NCBI RefSeq assembly: GCF_004010195.1
Contig: NC_057718.1
Coordinates: 52,408,254 to 52,472,253, forward strand
DNA: 64,000 nt
Origin: Chiloscyllium plagiosum
Lineage: Eukaryota
Direction: 5' to 3'
Within the stretch, counting starts at the first letter, position 1. Every line of letters starts with the position of its first letter. The position numbers and the translations under genes were made by a program. Of this stretch, positions 48,560 through 61,494 are shown in pieces. The notes under the pieces are model-generated. The model was not told the origin of the DNA, searched no databases, and saw nothing but the letters and a program-made list of their open reading frames with translations.

Positions 48560-49175
48560 CAAGAAAAAGTGACATGCACGGAAGCTTTGAGGTTGTCAAC
48601 AATCAGTTGGAGTGTATTAATGGGGGAGATTTGCAACATGCTGAGAGGCGCTCTAAGATGAATGAGAACAACATATTGAAAAATAAATGGAAGTAATATT
48701 TGTTGAAAAGACAGTAAAAAGATCAAGGCTGGAGGACTGGATGTAAATATTGCAGAGGACATTACACAGAAAAAAATGTATATTAAGTGTGATGCAAACA
48801 ATGTTCTAGATGCAAGGAACTGTATCATACTTTCAGCGAGAAAGAAGCAAAGCATTTCTATCAAGATGGCTGCTGGAGAGATGTCATCTAATATTCTGGT
48901 GAATCATTCCAGACCACATAACAGTTTAGCACCATCAGGTCTCTATTTTCATCCTGATATGGTGAGCCTGTGAAATTCTCTTCCACAGAAAGTGTTTTGA
49001 GGCCAAAACATTGAATGCTTACAAGAAGTAGTTAGATATAGTTAAAGAGATTAGAGAGTATGGGGTGAAAGCAGCAACAGGGTACTGAGTTGGATGATCA
49101 GTTATGGTCAAATTGGATGGGGGAATAGGCTCAAAGGCTTATTCTTGTTTCTATTTTCTTTGCTCGTATGTTTCA
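48560..49175 (+). mobile_element. Decayed CR1 3' fragment
   Basis: GTGAGCCTGTGAAATTCTCTTCCACAGAAAG and 3' UTR GGGTACTGAGTTGGATGATCAG. Confidence 0.65.
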
Positions 49176-49724
49176 AAGGTGACAACTGGCTTACGAAATT
49201 AGAAGGAGGACATCAAGCAAATGACAAATGCCAAGTTCACTGGTGCTTACATAACCTGTATGCAATGTAGCTAAAGATGGAAAACCAAAAACATTGAGGG
49301 CACAAATGAAGCTGAGAGTCCAATCCAGTGGGATGAATAAAGATCTGAAGTTCCAGATAGTAGACATGAAGCAACATGTACTCATCTCAGATAAATCACA
49401 TCTAAAGCTTGGACTGGTATCCTTAAATGTGTCAGAAAAGATTTCCAGCATTTTGCAGGCCACTAAGCCATTGGTGGCTGAAAAGATCCAAGAAGATGAC
49501 AAAAATGCTTGAAGGATCATGTTTGCCTGGTGAACATTATCTCTAAGTTGAGGGGAGCCATAAATATAAAGCACTGTGAGAAGCGGGCAATTGGTTACAA
49601 GCAAATAAAAGCAGATGAGGCACTCATCACAGGATTACAGAGAAAAGGGTGATCAGACAAAAAGAACAGAACAAAATAGTTAAAATGAAACGGAAGATTC
49701 CTGGAGTCAAGTACATAGATGGTA

Positions 49725-52700
49725 AGACCATAAGACATAGGAGTAGAAGTAGGCCATTCAGATTATCAGATGTGTTTTGCCATTCAGAAATATCATGCCT
49801 GATCTCACATTGTTTAACTCAATTTTTCTGCCTTTTCTTTATAGCCCTTGATTCCTTCACTGATCAAGATTCTATTTTAGCCTTGAGTGTACTTAATGAC
49901 TCAGTCTCAACAGCCTTCTGTGTTAAGGAATTCTACAGATTCACAACTCTTTGAGAAAGAAATTCCTCCTCACTTCTGTCTTAAAAACGCGACCCCTTAT
50001 TCTGAGCTTATGCCTTCTGGCCCTAGACTCTTCCAAAGGGGAAACAACTTTACCACATCTACCATGTCAAATCCTCTGGAAATCTAATATGTTTCAAGAA
50101 AGTTGCTTCTCAAGTCATTTCTCTTCAACAAGTACAGATCCAGTTTACTCAACCTCTCCTCATAAAACAATCCCTCCATCCCCAATATCAGCCAAATAAA
50201 CCTTCTCTGGACTGCCTCCAGTGCCACATTACCTTCCCATAGACAAGGGGCCCAAACATTGTCCGCATTACTCCAGCTGGGATCTAAAGGATGCCTGGTA
50301 TATGATGAGCAAAATCTGCATAACCTTTATACTCCATTCTCTTTGAAACTAAGGCCAATATTCTCTTTGCCTTCCTGATTACCCAATAAAGTTGGATGCT
50401 AGCTTTTTTCAAATCCATGGCCAAGGCATCACAAATCGCTCTGTTCTGTGGCTTTCCATAGTCTTTCTACATTTAAATAATATTCAACTCCTCAATTTTT
50501 CCTGCTGAAGTGCATAATCTCACACTTCCCATGTTATATTCCATGTGCCAAGTTGTTACCCACTTACTTCACCTGTCTAAGTCCTTCTGGTAAGATTTTA
50601 TGTCAACCTCACTACTTGACTTTCCTTCTATTTTTATGTGATTTGTAAACTTGGCTATAGTACATTCAATTTCTTCATTCAAGTCATAAATATGCATTGC
50701 AAGTAATTGTGGCCGCAGCACTGATATCTATGACACACCACTATTTACTGGTTTCCATCCTGAAAATGCCAGCTTTATCTCAACTCTCTGTCTATTAGTT
50801 AACCAATCCTTTATCCTTGCTAATATACCATATTCAACATGATGGATTCTTGTCTCATTAAGTAGCCTAATGGGTAGCACCATAACAAATGACCTTTGAA
50901 AATACGAATAGATTATATGCACTACCTTCCCTTTATCTATCCTTATTGCTACCTCCTCAAAGAATTCTGGTCAACTTCTAAGGTAAAATAATTTCCCTTT
51001 GATTACATTATGTATTTCTAAATGCACTGCTATTGCATCCTTTCTAATGGAATCCAACATTTTCACAATAAAAAACATTAAGCTAACTGGTCTATTTTTA
51101 CCTTTTTTTCCTGTTTTAAGTAAAGTGTTACATTGGCAGTTTTCCAATCCTCTGGGACTTTTCCAGAATTTAAGGATTCCTGGAAGGTTACTGCCAGTTT
51201 TGTTTGGGACCTGGATGTTACTGGCCAGCACTTATTACCCTTCAGAAGGTGAGCAGCCATCTTGGAAAGCGCACTCCATGTGCTGTAGGTTGGCTCACAA
51301 TGCCCTTAGGAAGGGAATTCTTGGACTTTGCTCCAGTGACCGTAAAGGAACAGCAATATATCTCCACGAACAGGATGGTGTGCAGCTTGGAGAGGAACTT
51401 GTGGGTAGTGGTGTTCCTTTGTATCTGTTGGCCTGTTCTTCTAAATGGAAGTGTTGTGGGTTTCGAAGGTGCTGTCTAAGGACCTTTGGTCAATTTCTGC
51501 AGTATTGTTGACAGTATTCACTGCTGCTACTGAGCATCATGGAGGAGGAAGTGAATGCTTATCGATGTGATATCAATCAAGCTGGCTGCTTAATCCTGAA
51601 TGGTGACAAGCTTCCTGAGTCTGGTTGGAGCTGCACCCATTCAGGCAAATGGGGAATATTCCATCATACTCTTAAACTGAGCACAGATTTTGGAAGGTCA
51701 GAAGGTGAGTTTCTCACCACAGTATTCTGAGTGTCTAACCTGCTTTTTTTTTTGCAACAGTAGTCATGTGGTAAGTCCAATTGAGTTTCTAATCAAAGGT
51801 AACCACCAGCATATTGACAATGTGAATATCAGTCTCAATAACATAATGGAATGTCAAGGGCCGGTGGATAGATTATCTCTTATTGTGATGGCAATTGTCT
51901 CTCATTTATGTAGCGCAAATGTTATTTGCCATCTGTCAGCCCCAGTCTGGATATTTTCCAGATCTTGTCGCATTTGAACATGGACTGCTTCAGTATAGGA
52001 GGAGTCACAAATGCTGAATATTGTCCAATCATCAGCGAACATCCCCACTTCTGACCTCATGTTAGAGGGAAGGTTGTTGATGAAGCAGCTGAAAATGGTT
52101 GGACATCAGACATTACCCTAAGGAACTCATGTAGAGATGCTATGGAGCTGACATGACTGCCCTCCAATAACCATCTTCCTAGGTGCCAAGTATGACTACC
52201 AGAGAGTTGGTCCCCAGTTCCCTTTGATTCCAGTTTTGCTGAACACCTCGATGCCACACACGATCAAATGTGGCTTTGATGTCAAGGGCTGTCACTCTCG
52301 CCTCACTCCTGGAATTCAGCTGTTTTGTCCATGTTTGAACCAAGGCTGTAATGAGGTCATGAGCTCAGTGGCTTTGGTGGAACCAAACTGGGCATCACTG
52401 AACAGGTCATTGCAGAGCATCTGCTGCTTGATAGCACTGTTGATGACACTTCCATCACTTTACTGATGATTGAGTGTAGATTGATGGGACAATAATTGGC
52501 CAAGTTGGATTTATCCTGCTTTTTGTGTACAGGACATAGCTGGGCAACTTTCTACATTGTTAGATAGATATCAGTGTTGGAACTGTACTAGCACAGCTTG
52601 GTTCAAAGTGCTACAAGTTCCAGAGAACAAGTCTTCAGTATTATTATCGGAATGTTGTAGGGTCCCATTACCTTTACAGTATCCAGTTTCACCAAATGTT

Positions 52701-54890
52701 TCTTGATATCATGTGGAGTGAATTGAATTGACTGAAGATTGGCAATGATGATGCTGGGGACCACTGGAGGTGGCTGAGATGGATCATCCACTTGGCACTG
52801 CTGATTGCTGCGAATGCTTCTGCCTTATATTTTGCACTAATGTGCTGAGCTCTTTCATCTTTGAGGATGGGAATATTTGTAGAGCCTCTTCCTCCTCCAG
52901 TGATTTGTTGAATTGTCCACAACAATTCGTGGCAGGACTAGAGAACTTAGATCTGATTTTTTGGTTGTGGGATTGCTTAGCTCTGTACTTCACTTGCTGC
53001 TTATGCTGTACAGCATGCAATAGATCCTGTTTGGTAGCTTCATCAGGTTGACACCTAATTTTTCAGTCTGCCTAGTACTGCCTTGGCATGTCCTCCTGCA
53101 CAGTCCATTGAACCAGGGTTGATCCCCTGGCTTGATGGTATTGGTTGAGTGGGGAAATGCCAGGCCGTGAGGTTGCAGATTACAATGGAGTACAACTCTG
53201 CTGCTGTTAGTGGCTCACAATACCTCATTGATGCTCAGTATTGAGTTGCCAGATCTATTCAAAGTTTATCCCATTTAGCATGGGATAATGCCACACAACA
53301 CAATGGAGGTTATTCTCAATGTGAAGGTGGGGCTTTGTCTCCACTGGACAATGCAGTGGTCACTCTTAACAATACTGTCATGGACAGATGCATGTGCAGC
53401 TGGCAGATTGGCACGGATGAGGTCAAGTATGTTTTCCCTCTTGTTGGTTCCTTTACCACCTGCCACAGGCCTAATCTAGCAGCTATATCCTTAGGGATCC
53501 AACCAGCTTGATCAGTAGTCCTCTGTTGGTAGTCAACATTGAAATCCTCCACCCTGAGTGTATTTTTCACTCTTGCTATCCTCAGTGTTGAATATGGAGG
53601 AGCACCGATTCATCAGTGAGGGAGGATGGTATATAGTTATCAGGAGCTTTCTTTGCCCTTTTTATCCTGGTGCCATGAGACTTCAAAAACTCTGCAGTCA
53701 ATGCTGAGGATTCGCAGAGGAACTCCCTCCTAACTGTATACTACTGTGCCACCACCTCTGCTGAGTCTATCCTGCCTTTGGGATTGGACATATCCAGGGA
53801 TGGTGATGGTGGTATCTGGAACATTGTTTGTAAAGTATGGTTTCATGATTGTGACAATATCAGGCTGTGAGACACACTCCTAATTTTGGCACTCGCTCCC
53901 AGATGTTAGTAAGGAGGACAGAGTTGACAGGGCTGTTTCTGTTGTGGTCATGCCGAGGTTAATGCCAGGTGGTCCATGAAGTTTCATTTCTTCGTTGAGA
54001 TGTTGTAGCAATTGTTCCAAGTAGATAACTTGCTCAGCCATTTCATAGGATAGTTGAGAGTAAATCACATTCTTGTCAGTCTGGAGTTGCATGTAGGCCA
54101 GACGAGCTACGGATGGCAGATTTCCTTCCCTGAAGGAACCAGATAGATTTTTCTGACAATCAACAGTGGGTTCAAATTAGATACTTTTATTGAACTAAAA
54201 TTCCACTATCTGCCATTGTAGGATAGAAAACCAGGTTTCCAGGACACTAATTGAGTTTCTAGATTAATTGTCTTGCAATAATTCCATTCACCATTACCTC
54301 CCTTCAGTGCATCCACTATTTCTGTAGCTATTTCCTTTAATATCCTAGAATGTATTCCATCAGGTTTGGGGGACTTTTCGCTCTTTAGCCCTGCTAGATT
54401 CCCTTGTAATTTTTTTCTCGAGACAGTTATTATATTGATGTTCTCCTCTTCTTTTGCCCTTTGAACATTTGATGCTATTGGTGTCTTCTACTGAGAAGAC
54501 TGATGCATCATTCTCTGACGGGTCATTTTCACTTTGGCATAGTCTCACTTTATATATTTAAAAAAGCTTTTGCTGTACATCTTGACATTACCTATAAATT
54601 TACCATTAATGCTTATTTTCTTAATTTTTTTTTTGGTTGTCTTCTGATAGTTATTAAAGCTTTCCCAATGGTCTGGCTTACTACGAATCTTTGCCGCATT
54701 GTAAATTTTCTTTTTCTCTTCAATCTGATGCTATCCTTAACTTCTAAGGTTAACCATGATTGGCTTATCCCCTTCTTAGCTTCATTCTTCCTCACTGGAA
54801 TATGCTTTTGCTGTGAGTCACGAATTATTTTCTTAAACATCTGCCATTGTTCCTCAACTGTTTTTGCTGCTCAGCTCCACCTCCAGTCCA
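49725..54890 (-). mobile_element. CR1 LINE relic (49725-51198 plus 54305-54890) interrupted by the SINE-headed LINE
   Basis: Tail (TCTTATG)-like at 49725-49740. Peptides SGKVPEDWKTANVT and NRPVSL. ORF2 sequence resumes at 54305 (CAGTGCATCCACTATTTCTGTAGCT). Confidence 0.85.
51199..54304 (-). mobile_element. Near full-length decayed LINE (APE endonuclease plus RT, no ORF1) with a tRNA-like SINE head
   Basis: Reading 5' to 3' on minus: SINE-like head (54304-~54020), then LLTNIW, PDTTITIPGYV..RQDR..RGGGTVVY, EDFNV, ILDLI..SDH (APE), then AQFGF, ALDIKATFDRVWH, PTIFSCFINNLP..VGMFADD (RT). The 3' end matches 26116-26175. CAGT is present at both junctions. Confidence 0.85.
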
Positions 54891-54944
54891 CACCATGTCT
54901 ACTCTGCATTCATTCATTTGAAGTATATGTGCCTCATGAATATC

Positions 54945-56330
54945 CTGTAGCATTGGGATATCGCACAAGAAACAGCTATCACTAGAATCAACCAAGTGAC
55001 CACAATGTCAGCACTGAGGTACCATGCTATGATATCTATGATGAAGTTACCCTGCAGCGTGATGCCTGTGAGATGTGACTTGGAGCAATCCTAATGCAGC
55101 AAGGCCAAGCAATTGCACTTGCAATTCAAGGCATTAAAGTAAACCGGACAATGCAAAGCTCAGATTGAAGAAGTGTGCATGGTTATTGTCTTTGTGAAAA
55201 TTTTAATCAATACATGTTTGGGAGAGCCAAACTGACAGTGGAATCTGACCACAAATACTTCTTCAAAACATCTTCCTCAAGCTGTTTCTTTCGGCCCTCC
55301 AAAACATCTTCAAAAAATGTTACTTCATTTACTGAGATATCATCTCTGGATGTAACATACAAGCAACAGAAACAGATGTATACTGCCAATATATTGGTGA
55401 CAGCAAAATTCTCTATAACACAAGCTGAGGATGCTAAGACAGTGTGTTAAATTTTTAACGAGGAGCAACAGTTTGAAGTCATCAACCCAGCAGTGACAAT
55501 GAATCTGAAAGACAGACATCACAGTCAAATTCAGCAAACTAGGCAAATTGATGCAACACCCAATGTACTGCAGTAGTAATTATAAAATGAGAGCATCAAA
55601 GTCCATTGCTGTGAAAGAGTATGGAATAGGCAGTAATGAAATTATAGTCTAAGAAGTCATCTTGAACAAATGAAATAGCTGTTATTATTCCCAAGGTGAT
55701 GAAAAAAGAAACATTGAGCACATCCATGCAAACAACCAACGAATTGATTTGAGTCTGACAGACCTAGTACAGTGCTGGAATGAGTAGCAAGGTAAGCAAG
55801 CTAAAAAACAGTTGATACCACATGTCACTGGTCATATCACTGATGGTCTGTAAGTTTGCAAAATACCTGAAAACATAATTTATTCATTAGGGCAATCTGA
55901 TATTGGGATGAGCGACTCTGGTCCTCAATTCATGGATGAACAATTTAAGTACTTCATAAACAACTGGAAAAGTCAACACCATATACTGCTGCAGTCAAAT
56001 GGAGAGGCTATTACTGTAGTAAAAATCATCAAAGGGATCATCAAGAGACTAACCAAATCCAGTCCAGGCTTGTACATGGCAATGTTTGAGTGGAAATTAT
56101 ACATCTACTGAAGTTATGGGAAGTAGTACTGTCTAAAGACTAATGTTATGCAACATTCAAACTATTCTTCCAATTAGAAAATAAATAACCGAAGCCAGAG
56201 GTAGTCACAGGCGCGAGCAACAAAATCAAAGTGAAATGACCAAAAGGTGAATTTCAATTTAAAAGGAACCAACTCATTACCAGAGCTGAGCACTGGAGAG
56301 CTAGTCAGCGTGCTAATGTTCAATTTGGAA
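54945..56330 (+). mobile_element. Ty3/Gypsy pol relic (RT-RNase H linker, RNase H, integrase)
   Basis: WDIAQETA, EVTLQRDACE..LGAILMQQGQAIALA, AQIEE, FNQYMFGRAKLTVESDHK (RNase H), then SDSGPQF and QSNGEA (integrase). RH-then-IN order is Gypsy-like. Confidence 0.88.
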
Positions 56331-56859
56331 CAAGAGTTCGCCAACTTGTCAATTTAGGACCTATTTTGAGCAGTTACCCCCCCCTCAATCAAATGTGCTG
56401 AACATGAATGATCAGATATAAAGACACAACTGAAAACAATGACAATTAGAGAAGTTGCTCCTTCACTGCAGACTGCTGAACAGAAAGGTGCAATTATTCC
56501 ATCTGCACAAAATGCAGAAAAAACGATCAGTCCCAGAAGTCCACCATTTGCCAGGAATGGAAATGGATCACCAACAACACTAATCATGGGAGTGACATGG
56601 GAGGGCACATCACACTAGGAATACATGGATGCCAAAAAGAACAGCCATAAAAATGTGCTTGTGTACCATGAGATGACCTGCTAAAAGATTATGTGTGAAA
56701 TACAAATGTAGAGACTGTCAAGTGGGACTGACTTGAATTAACGCAAAATTTTGTGAATCGTCGATTTTCTTTTTTGTCCATGGATTTTGAGTGACTTGGG
56801 TAACTTATAGCAGGATATGCTAATACTTGCAGTTATCTTTTATCTTCTGCTTTCTTTAC

Positions 56860-58120
56860 GAAAAGGGGGATGTTTGGAAAAATGAATTTCTGACTTGGAT
56901 TGAAAATTGAAAATTGGTTGGCTGACAGGAAACAAAGGGTAGTGATAAACGGCTCCCTTTCGGAATGGCAGGCAGTGACCAGTGGGGTACCGCAGGGATC
57001 AGTGCTGGAACCGCAGCTTTTTACAATATAGATTAATGATATAGAAGATAGTATTAATAGTAACATTAGCAAATTTGCTGATGATACAAAGCTGGGTGGC
57101 AGGGTGAAATGTGAGGAGGATGTTAGGAGATTACAAGGTGACCTGGACAGGTTAGGTGAGTGGACAGATGCATGGCAGATGCAGTTTAATGTGGATAAAT
57201 GTATGGTTATCCACTTTGGTGGCAAGAGCAGGAAGGCAGATTACCACCTAAATGGAGTCAAGTTCGGTAAAGGGGCAGTACAAAGAGATCTGGGTGTTCT
57301 TGTACACCAGTCAATGAAGGCAAGCATGCAGGTACAGCAGGCAGTGAAGAAAGCTAATAGCATGCTGGCCTTCATAACAAGAGGGATTGAGTATAGAAGC
57401 AAAGAGGTTCTTCTGCAGCTATACAGGGCCCTCGTGAGACTGCACCTGGAATATTGTGTGCAGTTCTGATCTCCAAATTTGAGGAAAGACATTCTGGCTA
57501 TTGAGGGAGTGCAGCGTAGGTTCACGAGATCTATTCCTGGAATGGCAGGACTACCTTACGCTGAAAGACTGGAGCGACTGGGCTTGTATACCCTTGAGTT
57601 TAGATGACTGAGAGGGGATCTGATTGAGACATATAAGATTATTAAAGTATTGGGCACTCTGGAGGCGGGAAACATGTTTCTGCTGATGGGTGAGTCCCGA
57701 ATCAGAGAACACAGCTTGAAAATAAGGGGTAGGCCATTTAGGACAAAGATGAGGAGAAACTTCTTCACCCAGAGAGTCGTAGGTGTGTGGAATGCTCTGC
57801 CCCAGAAAGAGTTGGATAGAGCTCTCAAGGATAGTGGAATCAAGGGTTATGGAGATAAGGCAGGAACAGGATACTGATTGAGGATGATCAGCCATGATCA
57901 TAATGAATGGTGGTGCAGGCTCAAAGGGCAGAATGGCCTATTCCTGCACCTATTGTTTATTGTATTTGTAAACAGTGTACTGGCTGGCTTGTCACAGTCT
58001 TGTGACCTCTACCTCTGCCTCGAAAGTGTTCACTTTAGTTTGTGCAGCCATTAAATACACTACAAGAAGGAAGTTGAGTTCAGAATTACATTCAAGTGCT
58101 TTACAAAATTGCATATGACA
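56860..58120 (+). mobile_element. Polypurine tract and probable 3' LTR of the Gypsy element, interrupted by a CR1
   Basis: GAAAAGGGGGA is followed directly by TGT at 56871. After the CR1 there is ATTAAA near 58050 and a TGACA end at 58120. Confidence 0.5.
56894..57966 (+). mobile_element. Young CR1 LINE (RT to 3' end)
   Basis: GVPQGSVL, KFADDTKLGG, LQGDLDRL, YRALVRLHLEYCVQF and NFFTQRVVGVWNALP, followed by the 3' UTR. Confidence 0.95.
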
Positions 58121-59414
58121 GCCACTCATGAGTCTATGTTTTGCAGCCTAATATCTGTCCCAAAGTAGCTTTGGTTCAGAAAACAAACACTGTCTTAAAA
58201 ATTCTACCAGAGTTAGACCTACTGGTAAGAGTGTTTTTTTTGTTAGATTTGTCCATTAGCGGGAGATAGAGTGTGCTGCTGGCATTCTGTGCAATACTAA
58301 AAATTGATCCAGAATGTTACAGTGCAATTACAATAATTCTGGCATAAACTTCCAACTCATACTCAAGCAGCCACATCTCTTGTAGTCTGCCTCTCGGCAC
58401 CATGTTCCCAGAACCAAATGTTCTGTTCTGTAACTGTGATATTGTAAAGAAGACCATTGTTTTTGAAACCATTGACCTGTATCCATGAGTGATTTTTTAA
58501 AAAATGTGCTTCTAATGGTATTGAGCTTGGGAGTATTTTGATTTTCAAATTTAAACACTATGCTTATCGAAAAGCTAAAGCTTTTTAAAATTAGCCCCCC
58601 CACAAGACCTGTTAAACATTTTCTTCGCAAAATTAAGTTCTTTTGCAGCCATTCAAAAATTGGAGGTAGCTACAATGAACCAGTAGTCGCAATGACTGTT
58701 GTACAAATACAGTTGAATTGAGATTAAATAAATGGACGACTGAACCTGTAGTTATCTCTGTTTGGTTTTGAAGCAGAGTCATATGGGACTTGAAATGTTA
58801 ATCTTATATCCCTATACAAAGATGCTGCCATAACTGTTGAATTTCTCTCACTTTGCATGATATTTTGAGAGTGCTACCCAACTGGGAAAGGGGAGAAAAA
58901 ATTACCAGGATCATTTTCAAACTTTTGCTAGCTGATGACTTTAGATAATTTTCCTACTCCAAGTTCATCAGAGTTATCCTTTTGACTTCGAAAATATGGA
59001 ATGGAGCAACTACAAATTGATGCTACCCAGGATATCTCAGTTTTTGCAGAGGAAGAGAGTGTTGCAGGTTACTATCGGGTGGTCTGCATGCATTTCTTCA
59101 TTCATATTATTTAAGAAAATCATGTGGGTGAACCAGTAATATTCACAATGCTGCCAGTCCTCAGGAACCGATTTAATCTGAGTAGTGTTACTTAGCAATC
59201 AAATATTAAACTCAACTTCTAATTTTTAACTGAAATTTTTAATTATATTCAAACACAGGGTTAAGGACTTCTGACTTATTTTATTCACTAATTTTGTATA
59301 GTGATTTAGATAGTTTCAGTTCACTGGTAGCACCAGGAGAAACAAGTGTAGAATTTCAAAATTTCCAAGAATTTCTTTCCACTCATTCCAACTGATGTCA
59401 CCTTATGATCATCA

Positions 59415-59582
59415 GTAGTAGACTCACCAACTTTAAGGGCATTTAAGTGGTCATTAGATAGACATATGGATGAAAATGGAATACTGTAGGTTAGATGAGC
59501 TTCAGTATGGTTCCACAGGTCGGCGCAACATTGCAGGCCGAAGGGCCTGTACTGCATTGTAATTTTATATGCTCTATGTTCA
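59415..59582 (+). mobile_element. CR1 extreme 3' fragment
   Basis: GGCGCAACATTGCAGGCCGAAGGGCCTGTACTGC...TCTATGTTC. Confidence 0.8.
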
Positions 59583-60123
59583 GAGCAAACATGTGTTTGA
59601 GATAGCAGATTTTTAAAATATAAATTTGAGCCCAAAGAATGTGGAGACAGAGTTACACATTTGCAGATTCTGAGCAGATCATTGATGGTACAACTGGAAG
59701 ATCAAAATTGATATGTTTAAAATTACTTTCCTTGATCTACGTGAAGCAGCAGGCATTGCTGGATTCCACAGCAGCAAAACAAATCATAATCATCACCCTC
59801 CTCCACAAACTACCTCATTATATCATAGTCGATTCCATATAGTGGTTCAAGCCCTTGAGCCCCGCCCCTCCAATCGCCACCAGGACAGAACCCCACTGGT
59901 CCTCACCTCACCACCCCACCAACCTCCACATACATCGTATCATCCGTCGTCATTTCCGCCACTTCCAAACGGACCCCACCACCAGGGATATTTTTCCCTC
60001 CCCTCCCCTATCAGCATTCCGAAAAGACCACTCCCTCCATGACTCCCTCGTCAGGTCTACACCCCCCACCAACCGAACCTCCACTCCCGGCACCTTCCCC
60101 TGCAACCGCAAGAAATGCAAAAC

Positions 60124-60354
60124 NNNNNNNNNNNNNNNNNNNNNNNNNNNNNNNNNNNNNNNNNNNNNNNNNNNNNNNNNNNNNNNNNNNNNNNNNNNNN
60201 NNNNNNNNNNNNNNNNNNNNNNNNNNNNNNNNNNNNNNNNNNNNNNNNNNNNNNNNNNNNNNNNNNNNNNNNNNNNNNNNNNNNNNNNNNNNNNNNNNNN
60301 NNNNNNNNNNNNNNNNNNNNNNNNNNNNNNNNNNNNNNNNNNNNNNNNNNNNNN
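60124..60354. other. Assembly gap
   Basis: Run of N. Confidence 1.
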
Positions 60355-60527
60355 CTGCACCACCTCCCTAACCTGCAATCTTCTTCCTGACCTCTCTGCC
60401 CCCACCCCCACTCTGGCCTATCACCCTCACCTTAACCTCCTTCCACCTATCGCATTTCCAACGCCCCTCCCCCAACTCCCTCCTCCCTACCTTTTATCTT
60501 AGCCTGCTTGGCACACTCTCCTCATTC

Positions 60528-60555
60528 CTGAAGAAGGGCTCATGCCCGAAATGTC
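60528..60555 (+). ncRNA. Minimal hammerhead ribozyme core (PLE-type)
   Basis: CTGAAGA-A-GGGC-TCAT-GCCC-GAAA-TGTC. The C to T change is at a CpG. Confidence 0.58.
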
Positions 60556-61364
60556 GATTCTTCTGCTCCTTGGATGCTGCCTGACCTGCTGCACTTTTCC
60601 AGCAACACATTTTCAGCTCTGATCTCCAGCATCTGCAGTCCTCACTGTCTCTGAGATGCAAATAGTTCCGACTTTAAGTTTAGCGAGATGCACAGAATCC
60701 TCGGGCTGAATATTGACAGCCCTGAATGAAGATGGCAATGGTAAATCAATTGGGAAAATATGGCAAGATCAGTAGAAATGAGATTCTCAACGCCAAGGGA
60801 AAATAATCCAATCTCCATGCAAGACCTGAATGGCGAGATGAGCATCTTGCAGGTGAATATTCACAGACCTATTTGGAAGCCTTAACATTCCATATGACCT
60901 ATTTGTACCTGATTTATATGCAGTTTACTAATCTCCCATGGAGCTTAGAAAACTAGACGGCAACAATGCCTGACATGAAAGTCGTAGCAGGTACCTGGTA
61001 ACTGCAGCTCGTTGTTTGCTCCACTGGGCTTCACGTTTGGCTACTCTTCAGACAACTTCAGAAATGGCCATGTCTCAAAGTGTAAGGGAGGAGCTCTGAG
61101 TCAAGGAAATCCGGTGTTCCCACCACAACCAGTGAAAGGTGGTATCTGATCTTAGCTCAGGGGCTTGGACACAGTCAGTCAGCTGCATGGAGTAGTCAAG
61201 ATCAATTGTTCTGTATCATTACATTCTGGAGAGTGGGTCACAGTTAGAACTGCAGATCCAGTGCAGATAGTCAGAGATTTAGCAGGAAACCAGTTGGGGA
61301 ATTGCACATAAATCAGGAAAGGGTCTGGTCAGTCATCACTCCTTTCAGGCTGGTCAAGCAGTGG

Positions 61365-61494
61365 TTCCTGATGAAAGGCTTATGCCCAAAACATCAACTT
61401 TTCTGCTCCTCAGATGCTGCCTGACCTACTGTGCTTTTTCAGTGCCACACTTTTTGACTCTGACTCTCCAGCTTCTGCTGTCCTCACTTCTTCC
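61365..61494 (+). mobile_element. Short PLE terminal fragment
   Basis: Starts TTCCTGATGAAAGGCTTATGCCCAAAACATC (decayed hammerhead) and ends GTCCTCACTTCTTCC. Confidence 0.85.

Larger units (their letters stand above)
59860..60651 (+). mobile_element. Penelope-like element 3' portion with gap
   Basis: HPTNLHIHRIIRRHFRHFQTDPTTRDIFPSPPLSAFRKDHSLHDSLV..GTFPCNRKKCK (linker before GIY-YIG), followed by the terminal repeat with hammerhead core. Confidence 0.92.

Noticed and set aside
58363..58480. Possible minus-strand exon (VNGFKNNGLLYNITV...)
   Set aside because: Weak polypyrimidine tract and an unrecognised peptide.
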